From Hydrolagus affinis (Eukaryota), in NCBI GenBank assembly GCA_012026655.1, contig JAAILG010000167.1, positions 1-64,000 on the forward strand: a stretch of 64,000 bases of DNA, in the 5' to 3' direction. Below are positions 1 through 13,300 of the stretch, one piece after another. Under the pieces are notes generated by a model. It saw nothing but the letters and a program-made list of their open reading frames with translations. It did not search any database and was not told the DNA's origin. The position numbers and the translations under genes are program-made. Each line of letters starts with the position of its first letter. Position 1 is the stretch's first letter.

Positions 1-1213
1 GTTGTTGTTGCATTTACAGTTGGGGTTCTGCTTGTTGTTGAAAAACATCAAGAATTAAAAATTCACACATCAGAAGTCTGGTCTCCAGAACTCTCTTCTG
101 ATTTACATATAGGAACATAGACACACACATACATACATATTTGTACTTACTGAGCAGAAAGGGATTTATGTCTGGGTGCAAACTTAATGGGTGAATAGAC
201 TAATGCATGGGAAGAATATTTTAAGTACATGTGTAAATGTCTTTTGTTCGACTTTTGCCAGTGTTTTTCCTACCCTTTTTATATATTTAAAAAAACATAA
301 AACCCCACATGTACATTGTGTTTTACTCTGGATGAATATCTGCAGGCGGATGGCTGCAGTTCTGCATTGACTGACAATGATTGCCAGTTCAATGTGATTT
401 TTAAAAAAAATCTATTGTGTTGCCTTACATCTTCCCATCATTTACTTCAGCAACAAGCCTTTTGTACAAGCAAAGCCAACTGCTGTTTTTTTTCACTCTA
501 CGACCTAAAATCTTGTATCTTCCTTTACTAAATCTCTTCCAGTGAAGACCAGATGCCCAAATTTTCACCTTGTCTTAACCTCAAGAACATTGTTGGAATA
601 ATTTGAAATCAAGTAAAATTTTAAAAATTCTTAAATTCAGTTTTAATTTGGAAGCTGATTTTCTGTAGGATTTTTTTTTAAATGAAAAACTTAATTTAAG
701 AATTTTCTAAATTGTGCATTTTGAAAATTATAAATCAATGGTTCTAAGCTTGATCAATTTCAGTCCACTGGTTATCACTAAGCCATCATTATGAGGAGAT
801 TTCCAGTTATTTGAGAGATGTTTGGGAGGAGGGGGTGTTGGATTTTATTTAATGAGAAGCTGAGGTGAAGGGACGAAGAAGGGAGCTGTACCCAGCATTT
901 TATAATTTGTTTTAAGGATAATTAGTGAGACATTGTGGGGGAGCTTTACCTAATTTAGGAGTACTGGTTAGGAAAGTTCAATCACTCGCTTTCATCAGCA
1001 CAAATCTTAAATTATAGAAAGTGAGTACATATTTGTCCCAGTCAAACGTTGACCGCAATGATTTCAGTGTAACTGGTTGTAACTGATCCTTAACTAACAC
1101 AGAATGGTTTGAATCCCTTCTGGGGAGGTTCTGTGTAAAGGCATTGTTCTGTGTTTACACAGTGAGCCCTGAGATGTTTAAGAGATATATCAAGCAGGTG
1201 TTCTTGGTTTCAG

Positions 1214-1347
1214 GTGCCGTTTCCGGGTTATTGATTCATTTGGTACGGAACCGTACTTTAACCACAGGAATTATGCAAATTTACACGGCTTCAGAACCAT
1301 CTGGGGCAGTTGGAACCTGCAGCCACAGCAGTATATGACCATGTTCC
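1214..1347 (+). CDS. MGAT5B: MGAT5B-like internal exon (CRFRVIDSFGTEPYFNHRNYANLHGFRTIWGSWNLQPQQYMTMF)
   Basis: tttcag acceptor, gtgagt donor, 134 nt. Matches the GnT-V DSFGTEP...WGxWNL...MFP segment. Not in the ORF track in this frame. Confidence 0.95.
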
Positions 1348-4300
1348 GTGAGTACCACGAGTACATGTCCTCGTCACTCTTTCTTGTCTGTGTCTTGCTC
1401 CCTTTTCTCCAACTCAATATTTATTTTTCTTTCCTCATCTGTTTCTCACTTCCTCCTCTCTCTTCTTTCCGCACGTGTGTGTGTGCGTCTCATTCTCTCT
1501 CCCTCTCTCCTTCCCTTCTCCATTTCAATCTCTCACCCGCTCTCCATCTGTATCTCGGCCCCTCTGCTTGTCTCTCGCATAGGTTATAGTGAGATATGCT
1601 GACTTTCCTCTGCAGTAAGGAATTGCTTACAGGAAACCCGCATGCCTTAGCTGTCCATCATTTGTTGAGCAATGGAAATGAATAACTAGCAATGAGCAGG
1701 GTGATGTGGAAACCCCACTGGTGGGATAATTTGCAGGAAGCGATGAGATAACATCTGCTTTTTCTGCCCTGTAAGTTTATATCCAATGAATCATTACAAC
1801 TCTCTCATAAATTTGAAGAAATAAAATGTTAAGGAAATCCAATGTCATTTCAGAAAACACAAGTCCGTGTAGGTGTTGAGTGTTGCTCAAGAGGAATGGG
1901 CAAGGGCTCACTGCGAGACTTCCAAAAAAAGTTAACTCAAAGGACTGGAGCATTGGATGATAGACTTTTTTGAACTCTGCTCTAAACACAAGAGAGGTTT
2001 TGTATTATACCCACAGGGGAGGAAGAAAGTAGGTGTATATCCTATTCTACAGCAGTGTTTTACCTCTCCCTGCTAAAGCTAATATAGCACTCATTCACCA
2101 GGATCCAAGAGGATCAGGTGATAAATGTCCTTTGGTCTAATGATTCTCATCCCTCCAGAATTTCAACCCCAACTCTCTTTCCGTTATAGCATCTAGTTGG
2201 TTCCTAAATGGTTAGGGTAATTATTAAAATATAAGTGATGTGGCTTGAGAATGTGGGGGTCTAAAAAGCTACATTTTCAGATGACGCCATTCATTAATAC
2301 TTTGCGACGTGTGGAGGGTGCACTAGGACAAGATTGTGTTAGAGAACTGTTCCAGTGGGTTAGCGCAATGTATTTATTTGTCAATAAAAGAAATTGCCAT
2401 ATTTTAGACTTCCAATAATATAAATTTCACACTTGTTTTTGTCAAATTTAATTGATTAGTGATGCATTTGGTTTTGCTTTACGTCATCAGTTCTCCCTCC
2501 CCGTTCTCTACCTGCTTCCTGTTTTGTACTGTCCTAAATTTGAGAGAACCTAACTTTCTCATTCCACGTGTGTGTGTCTCTCTCTCTCTCTCTCTCTCTT
2601 TCTCTCCCTTTCAGCCTGTATGATTTCATCTGGCCAGATTGCTCAATTTGCTATCCTGCTTTACCAATAAATGCAAAGATTGTTCCATACTATTCACACT
2701 TTTGACAAGATTACATGAGATGTTCTGATAACCTTTGGCCCCATTTGTTCTCATCTTTCCAGAATAACCATTAACTCTTTTCCCACAGCAGCGTCAAACA
2801 ATTTCTTAACTGAGCCTAGTGCCTTGGTTTCTGGAACCTACTTGATAACCAGTTATTAACCAGCTGTTAATTACCCTAAAAAAGGTCTTACTGGTGTCTA
2901 TCCCCAAACTGTCCTTCACAACACCGTCCTACATGCCACTTGTCTTTGGCTTATCTGAAAGTATTAGTCAGTATTTACTTTCTAATCAGCTCTTTCTTTT
3001 CCTTTACAAGCTTTCCTCCATAATGTCTCTTCATGAGGCCTGAAATTATCTGGGGCTTGGAATTCCACACAGTGTTTGTCCATGAGACTTTTATCTTAAA
3101 ATTGAAACTTGTGCAGAATTATAGAATATGTGGATGTACAATGTTTTTTTTCAGAAGATGGTTGTTTTCAACAACCGTAGAAAATCAGGGGTGGGGTGAA
3201 GAAAGAAAGATACGTCTCTGTCTCTAACACAGGCAAACACAATTTGAGTAAACAACAAATTGCTATATGAAAATAGTTTTGCTTTAAGATTTTCTGATTT
3301 TCTTTTATTGGGTGACTGAATCTCCAGGCTTTACTACAGGAACCTGGTGTTAACCGCACTCAGACTGCCTTGCCATGCCAAGGGTTTACCACCGGGAACA
3401 TTTGTACATTTACGTCCTGGCCACAAAAGAAACAAGTTATTTGGTGGTTTAAAACCTGAGATCTGTGTTTGTATAGTACACTGGGGCTCACATTTCGGCG
3501 TTGTGCAATATTCCATACAGTCAAGCCTCGCTCAAAAACAAAAACAGTTTGCCAAGGAAATATTATGTTTGGATCAGGAAGGATTATGCTTGGATCAGGA
3601 GTTCTTTGTAATAAGAATGAAAGGGAATGGTGCTTTGGAATTTGATGTCCCATTATGCCTGGATCAGACAGGCATTTATCTAGACCTTGCCATATACAGC
3701 ACCATATTTGAGCAGTGCCCTTGAGTTTATTGACCAAACCTAGAATGGTTTGAGCAGCCATGTTCAAACATTATCACTCTCCATCTCTCTCTCTCTCTGT
3801 CTCTCAACCTTGCATGTCTCTTTATTTTATGGATACTACTCTGGATCATTGTTCCTCTGGTATTTCCTCTTTTGTTCCTCCAAGCTCCAAACACCACAAA
3901 CCCATCCACACTTCCGCTTTGCAACCATCAGTGGTTGAAATCAAAACTGTCTCCTACTCCAGTTCATTCCTTTCTCCCCATCTTTCTGTCTCCTCTTCCT
4001 ATTATCTTGTAGCTTTTGAACCTTGAGCTTGATGTCAAGTAAGCACATGTTTGGTTTTGTTTGCTTCTTTTTATCAGTCCTGGTGGTGTCCTGCACTCTC
4101 GAGATTTGGCCCTTCGTCAAGGCTTATCAACAAAAAGACATTTCATTATAATTATGTGGTAGAAAGTATAAAAGACAAGACTTTCTCCAAAGTGTAGCAC
4201 ACTCAAACTTTGAAGAGTAATAAAATGGCTGAGATAATGATGGACACTGCTGTGCACAATTGGCTGCCGTGTTTTGCCCACACGTATACAGTCAATTCAC

Positions 4301-7300
4301 TTTATAGTATAATCTGTGAAGCACTTTGAGACATTGATAAGATGTGAAAAGCGCTATAGCAAATGCAAGGATTATTATTATCATGAACCCAGTATTGGAA
4401 TGAACAGCCTGGTTTGTTATTAATAAGGTCTGTCATGGTTCAAATTGAAGGTGGAAAGTTGAAGATTGAATTATTGTAATGGATTTTGGTGTTGAGTAAG
4501 CTAGCGAGTACTACTAGCTAGTTTTATATTAGCTTTGTTAGTGGTTGCCTCATGTTTTGGGTCTAAACAAATAGGAAATTAGTTTGTAATGGATGTCATT
4601 TGCTTGCTGCAGCTCACACGCCAGACAACTCCTTCATGGGGTTTGTCTCCGAGGAGTTGGATGAAGCTGAGAAGAGAGAAACCAAAGCCCAAAAAGGCCA
4701 GAACCTGGCGGTGGTGTATGGCAAACAAGACTACATGTGGCAGGTAGTGCAATGTGCCATGTACTTACACAGCTGGGCGAGCTTCACCACTCTGACACTG
4801 GTGAAATTAGAATATGGCTGTTATTAACCTGACTCGCAGCAGTGCTGTCCGATAGTCAAGAGCCTCTGGCAGGGCCAAGTCTGAAGGGAGATTGTATTTT
4901 CAACACCTTTGAAGTCATCAGTGCCAGCATGAGTTTATAGCCACCGCTAGAGACGAACACTGCCATAGTTTCTGTCCGGTGAGGTTAGTCTGATGGTCGC
5001 TTTGTTGCTGGTTGGTTTGCAATAGATCTCCGAGATTACTCAATAGCCGTGAAAAAAAAATTCAGAGCATAGCTTTCAAGCTGTCACATGGAGTTTAAAC
5101 TGAAGTCCCGTCTGCTAGGTAAACAGGTTTGTGGAGGAACGAAACTTGGTTAAGTTTTCACCCTACCCGGGAATCAAACTGGGTCCTCTCGCCCATAGAG
5201 CGAGTACTCTAATCAATATTCTTCATACAGGATAGTACAGAATGTTGCCAACTGTACAGAAATTAAAGATGCCACTTAATGAGTCTAATCAAACTGACTT
5301 GGATGCTATAAGTACTTTGGTGTATTTTTACTGATTGATTTATTTTAGCACAAGAAGAATTTATAGTTGCCTCTTCTGATGGTTTATCCATAGTGGTTTT
5401 AAAAACCCCTTTACTCTTCTGACCTGTCTTATAGGATATGGATGATTACCTTGAGACTATCAGCAAGGTAATGGAAATCCATGGGACAGTATACGATGAC
5501 CCCGAGAGAGAAACTAGGATACCGAGTTTTGTCATAAACCATGGTGTCCTCTCACAGGACAATTTGCAGCAACTGCTCAAGAAAGCAAAGGTAATTTCAC
5601 AGTTTGAAACAAACAAAACATGAAGGTAAGAAAATCCACAATATGAGGCCTTTCGGTTCCCCAGCCTCTTTCTAACAGACTATATTTTAACACTATGAAG
5701 GACAAATTGTGGGCCAAAGACTTATGTTCTTACAAAACATATTCTCATATTTACCTGAATATATTTAATCTTGAGGCAGATAAAGAGCCTTTGACGACAC
5801 TTCAAAGAGAGAAGCTTGTGAAATCTCTTTCTGATGGTCAAAGACGATTGAGCAGTTGACATGAAGCTGTTCATTTAACATTCACCTGTGCCCAGTCTTT
5901 GTTTCCCTAGAGAACTAGTCTTGCTTTATGTTAGTTCCATAGTGTTATTTTATGCACTATTTCCTTACAAAAACTGTCAGTACACTTGACAATTATCCAC
6001 AAAGCGCTTATGAGATATTGTCATATGACGCATGATCAGATGCAGGGATTAGAAGTACTGTAGTTACCTACTGTTAGTTTATGTTACTAGTTATGGACTC
6101 CACTGGTAGCTTGTCTTGTTGGTTACTTGTAGCTTGTGGTAGTTTATTTTGCTGGTTATTGAATTTAGAGCAGTTGCTGATGGCCAATCAGTGGCCAATT
6201 TTTTTGTTTATCTCTGGGAATGAGATATCCAAACTTGAATCAGACACTTTTTTTAAAAAAAGATAGAAGGCGGAATCTTTAACAGTAGTGAAAAAAAAAC
6301 TTGGAAAATATTAGTCAGACAAAGATCATTTTCTGAAATATTTATTCACTGCAGAACTAGAGACTATATCAGCAGTATCTGCTAGGATGGAATTGGCCAC
6401 AGCTGCTAGAGTCAATATTTTTATAACAGAAGACTGCTCCTTTTGATGTTCTGCTTTTTTTTTATGAGTTTCCAGTTGGCACGGGCCGCAAGTTGTCCAT
6501 CACTATCGACCAAATTCTTTAAGTAGCAATGAGATTTTCCAACCTCCACAAAGAGTACTGTCAGCTGGGCGCAGCCGCCAAGATGCACTGTCTCCTCAGT
6601 GTAAACCCGTCCACGAGGTTGGAGCTGAATGATGGGTTTGCGTGCAAACGGATGGCAGCTACACCTGGCTTGTAATCACTGTAACAAGCAGAAACATCTC
6701 TCTTATCATTTTTACCTTGATTCTTTCATTGAAAGAACATCTTTATAGTGTTTCACAGTGGAACGTTCCTCAACTCCCTGTAGAGTTCTCATTATCAAGA
6801 GTAATGATCTTTTTTTTGTTGGCAAATTTAGTAGCCATATTGTGCACAGTAGGATTCCACAAACAACCATGATATTGATTTACTCTGAAGGATTAATATC
6901 CACTTGAGGATAGGCAGATGGGATCTTGGTTTAAAATCTTTATCAAAAGGACAGAACATACCTCCAACAATGCAGCACTCTCCACTACTGCACTGAATTG
7001 TTCAACGACCTGCTGAGCTCACAAGCTGATATGGTTTGAGCCCACGATCTTCTATTTGTCCTTGGGTGAACATTGTAGATCTAATGACCCTGTTGGGAAA
7101 GTGCAGGGAATTTCTCCTGGTCTCTTGGCAAATCATTATTTAAGTAAAATGCAAAATACTGCTGATGCTGGAAGTGTGAGACAAAAACATGAATTACTGG
7201 GAACACTCAGCAGGTCAGGCAGCATCTATGGAGAAAGGAAAAGTGAGTCCATGTTTTGGGTCCACGACCTTTCATCAGAACTGGGGCATATAGGGAGGGA

Positions 7301-10300
7301 GAGGCTTTTAAGGACTAACAGAGAGAGAGAGTGAGGCAGGGCAAGGAATTCTTAAATTGGTAATAGTAAATTGGTCTTTCACTTCATGGAAGTTTGCAAG
7401 ACCCTTACTCCGTACAAAAATTGGTTTATGTGGTTTCAGTTATATGAGGTGACTTAGATATGAAGCATGGCCATCTCAGTTATGTGGTGGAGGAATGACG
7501 GTGTGCAGACAATGTACAGAATGGTGTGTACACCCCTTCAGGTGGGAGGGGATTGAGTCTCTTTGCTGCTTTTTTGTTACTGAGCCCTTCTTACTGTTTT
7601 GTAGCTGTTTGTTGGAATGGGGTTTCCATATGAAGGACCGGCTCCTCTTGAGGCTATTGCTCATGGCTGTGTGTTCATCCAGCCTCGATTCACACCGGCT
7701 CACAGCTCGCGGAACAATGCCTTCTACAACGGAAAACCTACCCTGAGAGAGGTACTTGCACAAACATAGTGGTTTGAGACTTTCACCAAAGTATTAGTGG
7801 AGTATTTTAATGCCATTCTTTAGCATATTAAGAAATGAGATGTAGTTAGGAATACCCCAAGGTTTATCCAGTTATTTCAATTCAGGCCAGAGGGAAATCC
7901 AGGGAGTAACTTGGCACAAGTAATTCTGGTGTCAACAACTAAATGCTCAGTCGAAAAGGAAGGTTTTTAGGCGGGACGTGAAAAAGGAGAGGAAGGTGGC
8001 AAGATGGAGGGATTGAGGGAAAATGTTCCAGCGGTCTCTGGGGCGCAGTGGCTGAAAGCGTGACTTCCGATGGTGGGGCAGAGGTGTGGAGGATGAGTAG
8101 GATGGTGCCAGTCAAAGAGGTAGGGAGGTGCCAGGGAGTGAGTGGATTTGAACACAAATTTCAAACTACAGTATTCCAATATTTTATTGGATCAAGACAG
8201 ATCTTTTAAGTCCATTTAACTAACTTTTTTTTCTCTGGCTGGTCTCCCTTGTCTCCAGCTGGTAACTTGTTTTCACCGAACACTGAAAGATGTACCATTT
8301 GTCTCAACATGTGTTCCAGGTCCGTTCCCAACATCCATATATGGAAGAATACATTGGAATGCCTCACGTATGGACAGTAAATATAACTAACGCCACCGAG
8401 GTGCTCGAAGCTGTGAACTCTGCGCTGGTAGTAGAGGTTAACTGACATTTATCATTTACTTTCTTTCAAGTTGGAAAGGTGGGTGCGCAGGGGGACAGCT
8501 CAGGAATAGGCTGTGATTTCTGTTTTATAATAATCCTTGCATTTGATACAGCGCCTTATCACATATCCCGAGACGTCACAAAATGCTTCACAGGGTACAC
8601 TGTAAAGTGTAGAGACTGTGTGTTTTGTGGGTGTAATGTCGCAGCCAGTTGCATTTTCATTCCCTTGTGCTGTTCCCTGTTTCAGTTCTGCATTTCAAGG
8701 AAGAGTCATCTCGCTGATGTGTCTTCACTTTGCTATGTCTCAATGATGTGATAACAACAACAAAATTGCATTTGTAGAGCGCCTTTCACGTCGGGAGGAT
8801 GTCCCAAGGCGTTGAAAGGTGCTATATCAAATGTAAGGATTATTACTATTAGAGTCCATTGGAGAGGTTCTGCCTTACTCCCTATCTGCAGGGTGGTACT
8901 TACACTGGGAATGGTCTAAGCTGTAAAAGAACTCAGTTGCTTGGGGGTAGAAAACAAGCTTGTTTTTGAGGGTATGTTGCTCGTTTCCCCTCCTGAGTCG
9001 CACATCTCCTATGTACCAGCTTAAGCTGATCAACAGATATGCAGCAGCAAGCATGGCTTAATTTTCTCCTCCAGAGCATGGGCACCGAGGCCAAATGTAA
9101 CCAGTACAATCACCTCAACTCAATCAATAGAGACTGTGGATAAAACCTAGGACCTTCTAGGCCTGTATGGGTCACTTCCACGCATGGCAACAGCTCTACC
9201 AATAGAGCCTGGAGGGGATTTAGTGTTTTTAACTTGTTTGACTTTCCCTGCCAAGCCACATCCTTCAACTAGAGCATAGGCCAAACTCTGCTCCTCCTTA
9301 GCTAGATTCAGGAGTGGGTACACACGCAGGCGCCCATGTGTGTGTGCCTGTATGTGTGCGTGTATGAAGCAAGACTAGTCTTGTAGGACTTGTTCAGTTC
9401 TTTGGAAATGGGCAGTGTAAGTGAAGACAGATATGCCAATGTGCGACCTACACATGTGAGGTTTATATTGAAACTAACTCGATTGACTGGCTTTCACCAG
9501 CATTGTGTGAATGGGTTCACTCTGGAGTTGAATGACTTCACTGGGTGACTCCTGACCAATCTTTTGAGTTGCAAATGGTCTTGTTTTAGAGGCTGAAAGG
9601 GCAGAAAGAAGAAGGATTTGATGTTTAACAGCACATAAATGTATTGCAACTGCCGTTTAGGTGGAGCCGTACACTCCGTATGAGTTCACCTGCGAGGGAA
9701 TGTTGGAGCGTGTCTTTGCTTACATCACTCATCAGGTATGTGTGAGAATAACTGAGCACCGTCTGTATGGAATTTACGTTAATTATTGAAGTGGGGAAAG
9801 GCTTCTCAAGCCCTCTGCGACGGTACCCTATGTGAGGGGCACAATATAAATGCAAGTTGTTGTTGTTGTTGTGAGCAACTCCCTGGCGACCGCTCTGTAC
9901 AGTCCAATTAGATTTTTTTTATTGTCCAACACTGCCTGTTCTGGCGGGATATTTACTTATCTCATTCAGCTGCGATGACTTGGATTGTATAGTGCCTCTC
10001 ACATTCGATAATATCTCAAAGCTCTTCACCAAGACAATGGAGTTTACAATGCGTAAAGAGGATAGAGAGTTTAAGGTTGTTGACTCAAGTCAAATCAGAG
10101 TGAATGATTTTCATATGACTGGATCACATCTGATTGAGTCCTGGTGTCTGTGAATACACATGGATTTTGAGCGTCTCTGAGTTAGTTTGGGTGAAGGGAG
10201 ACTGGGAATCTCTCTCATCTCTGTTGATGGATTTGGCTGAAGAACATGGATATTAAATTGCAAATCTCGTAAAGAGGATTATAGTAGAAGTTTATCACAA

Positions 10301-13300
10301 TTTGTGTAGGACATAAATGTTTCATACGTTGTGTTGGAAGCATTGTATCTCCTCCCTCACACAGCTTGTTCTGATCTCAGATCCCACTCCCCGACACATC
10401 TTTATACTTCTGAAAATCACAATACAACGCTGAAGATTTTATCAGCTGAATTGAGTTTCCTCCATTGAAGGGAACTACTGCCTTAGTGGAATGCAGTTAG
10501 CGACACCATGCTGCAGGGGGTGGTGGGGGGGGGGGGGGGGGGGGTGTCGAGAGAGACGAAAGAGGATCCAGTAGGGAAAGTTCAAGATGAGAATCTCTTC
10601 AGATCATTTGTGCTGATCTAGTGTTGTCTCGAACCCTATTGGCAATTTATTTACTGCTTGGTATTGGTGCTTTTTCATAAAGGCGGTGGTGGTGTGGGTG
10701 GCAGTGGGGATGGGGGGCTAAAGAATGAGGAAGAATGATTCTGTAAACGGTGATTATTATCCTTTTAAAGCTCCAGGCACAGGGTTATCCCTACCTGTGT
10801 GTCTCTCTTACTAGGTTACAGTCAGTTTGCCTATTCTTCATGTTAAGGATTCCATGATGATACTTGAAGAGAAAAATGTTTTTTTCCCAGTGTCGTGGCG
10901 AACAATCATTCAGGTTAATGCCTCATTCACCACATGATTGTTCTGCTGTAGGCAACATGGTTGCTACTTTTGCCTACAAAAACAGTCACTACACTAGACA
11001 GCAATTACTGTTAAGTTCTTTGAGAAGTTTTGATGTGATTAGACGCTAATTAAAAAGAAACCCAAGTTATTTTAGTGCTCCTGCTGTTATGCGTTGAGAA
11101 ATTTATTTAGATCTGAAAGCTAATCCTTAAATTTAGGATGATCATCTGAAATGTTAATTGAAACCTCCTAACCCTCTACCAACCTGTTCGCTACTTCTGA
11201 TCAGTGGGCTCCGGCCTGCTTCATGTCCCCTGATCCATCCACCCCATCATCGGCCCCACCCCACCCTCAGCTACTCTGTCCCCAACCTTTGGAATTCCAT
11301 CCTGTAATCCCTCCGCCTCCCCACCTCCCTAGCCTCCTATAGATCCCACCTCAAGACTCTTCCTTTTGACCGTGCCATGGTCGATAGACACACCAGCAGT
11401 GGAAGGTACAATTAAGCAGGAGCACTGTTACTATTTTGGAGGTGACGTCAGGACAGTTTCAAGGCTGCACAGAGCTTGTTCACTTAAATATTAGCAGTTG
11501 CCACTGGGGGGCTGTACAAAGCCAACAATCCCACAGGGCGGACCAGAGCAGCCAGGGCTGGAGCAGCTCTTGTGATGCAATGAAAACTAGGCGCACAAAC
11601 ACAAGAAGCAGCAGCCAAAGCATTTATCAACTAACGAGTTAAAATGCTGCCAAGAACAGTCCTCTCCCCATGACTGTTATCAATAATATTTCATAATGAA
11701 AACAAAAGAGATTTATTCTTTTTTTATATAAAAAAAATGAATGTTTTGGACTTTGGAGTAAATTGCCTCCTGGAACTCGGCTCTTGTGTGGAATAATCAG
11801 CGACACTGCAAAATCAGAGCAAAGAAGATTCAGGGATGAGATTGTTCTTGGATTGTTTTCTGATGTTTCTCTGAATTTTTTTCAAGACTCAATTTTTTTT
11901 AATTAAAGTAAATATGTGCTTATATTGTCCAGTCGGTAAAGGACTGATTAAAGGATTGTACAGCTGGGCCTAAAAATACCCAGGGAGGTCCTCGGTCAAA
12001 CTCTGGTCAGTGTAGAATTAGCTCCAATTAACCAGGGCTGGAGAGCTTATTTAGTGCTTCATAGCTCATCCCTTGAAAGCAGCTAAGACAGAATCCACCC
12101 AAAATTTTTTGAAAGGGAAATATGTTTGAAGAGGAGAATTATTGAAGAGGAGAATTATTAAACGAGTATGTGGAATGAGCAGGCGAGTGGGATTAGAGGT
12201 GTAGATGTCTTCTACAGGAAGCTAGATCTTCACAGGAGGGAGAGGGGAAAAGACAGGTATGGAAGGGAGGAAAGGAACTGGAGACTGTTAGGACCGAGTG
12301 ATCTGTTTCTGAACTATACATTCTTTGTAGCGTCGGTGGCTCATGTGGGGAAAATACCCGGGTAAACTCGATGGGCCAATTATTGCTGTAACATTCTATA
12401 ACTTGCTTTGTTCTGAATTACTGTGGGACCCGAGCATCCAATTGTGCTGTGGCAACCAGAGATGTAGACAGTTGACTCGCTGGGTTTTATTCTGTCCGTG
12501 TGTCTCTGTTGTCCATGTTTTCTATGTTTGCTTCTTATATATAACACCTTTTGAACTTCTTGTGCTCCTGATGTAGCATGGGTTAGATTCAGTGTATATT
12601 GGTACTACTAGATTGTCTCACACACAACCTCAGAAGAGAGTGCTTTACCTCATATTACCACATTTTCTATTTCCAATCTGTGGATTGCCAATTTGGTGTT
12701 GAAGGGTAGGCTTCTGTGATAACCCTCACCAACTAGGAAATGGATTGAAACTGCTCTAGATTTTTTTTCACATTGGACCCGTATCCCAACAGCCTGAGGA
12801 GACTGTAATCTCATCAGTCTGGGCTGACATTAATCTTTATTTCACTTCATTAAAGACGAAGTGAGGCAAAGGAAAGAACAGAGACCAGGACAGGAGTTCT
12901 CAGCCCCACACTGACAGACATTATCCACAACTTGGCACATCACCCCACCCGCTGTCTGGTTCATCAAACAGCGAAAACTATTCAGCCAACAGGAGTGGGT
13001 ACAGCAAGTACTGATAGCAAAATTTAATTTAATGCACATCTGTATTGACTCAAAGCTGCCAATTGAAGAATTTGGCTTCTTCCAAGACAGGTGGGGAGTT
13101 GGATCAAATCGGCCAGACACCTGAAATTGCTTAACTCTATATAGAATTGGTGACTGGCCCCGGCTGGTCACTTAGATCCACACATTGCCAAGTAAGTTGA
13201 AAGCGGGAAGTAGCACCATCACTCACTTCAAGTGTCACAAAAAGGAAATGACATTTGCGTGATTCTGACGTGTGAAAGACGTTCCCTGTGGTGAGCGGCT

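Noticed and set aside
1144-1213. EMFKRYI peptide resembling the end of the preceding MGAT5B exon
   Set aside because: Different frame from the exon at 1214, no room for an intron, and no upstream DLIYTDY-like motif. The true preceding exon is outside the window.
3347-3767. Overlapping 125-aa and 135-aa ORFs with three CLDQ repeats
   Set aside because: Caused by a short local repeat (ttggatcagga). No recognisable domain, and the MGAT5B-like exon chain is complete without it.
7476-7763. ORFs 7476..7763 (minus) and 7495..7746 (plus), and similarly 8206..8448, 9625..9855, 21631..21825 and 23005..23208
   Set aside because: Antisense or off-frame shadows of real MGAT5B-like exons.
8259-8261. Possible 3-nt microexon (cag|CTG|gtaact)
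   Set aside because: The downstream intron would be only 58 nt, below the usual vertebrate minimum.
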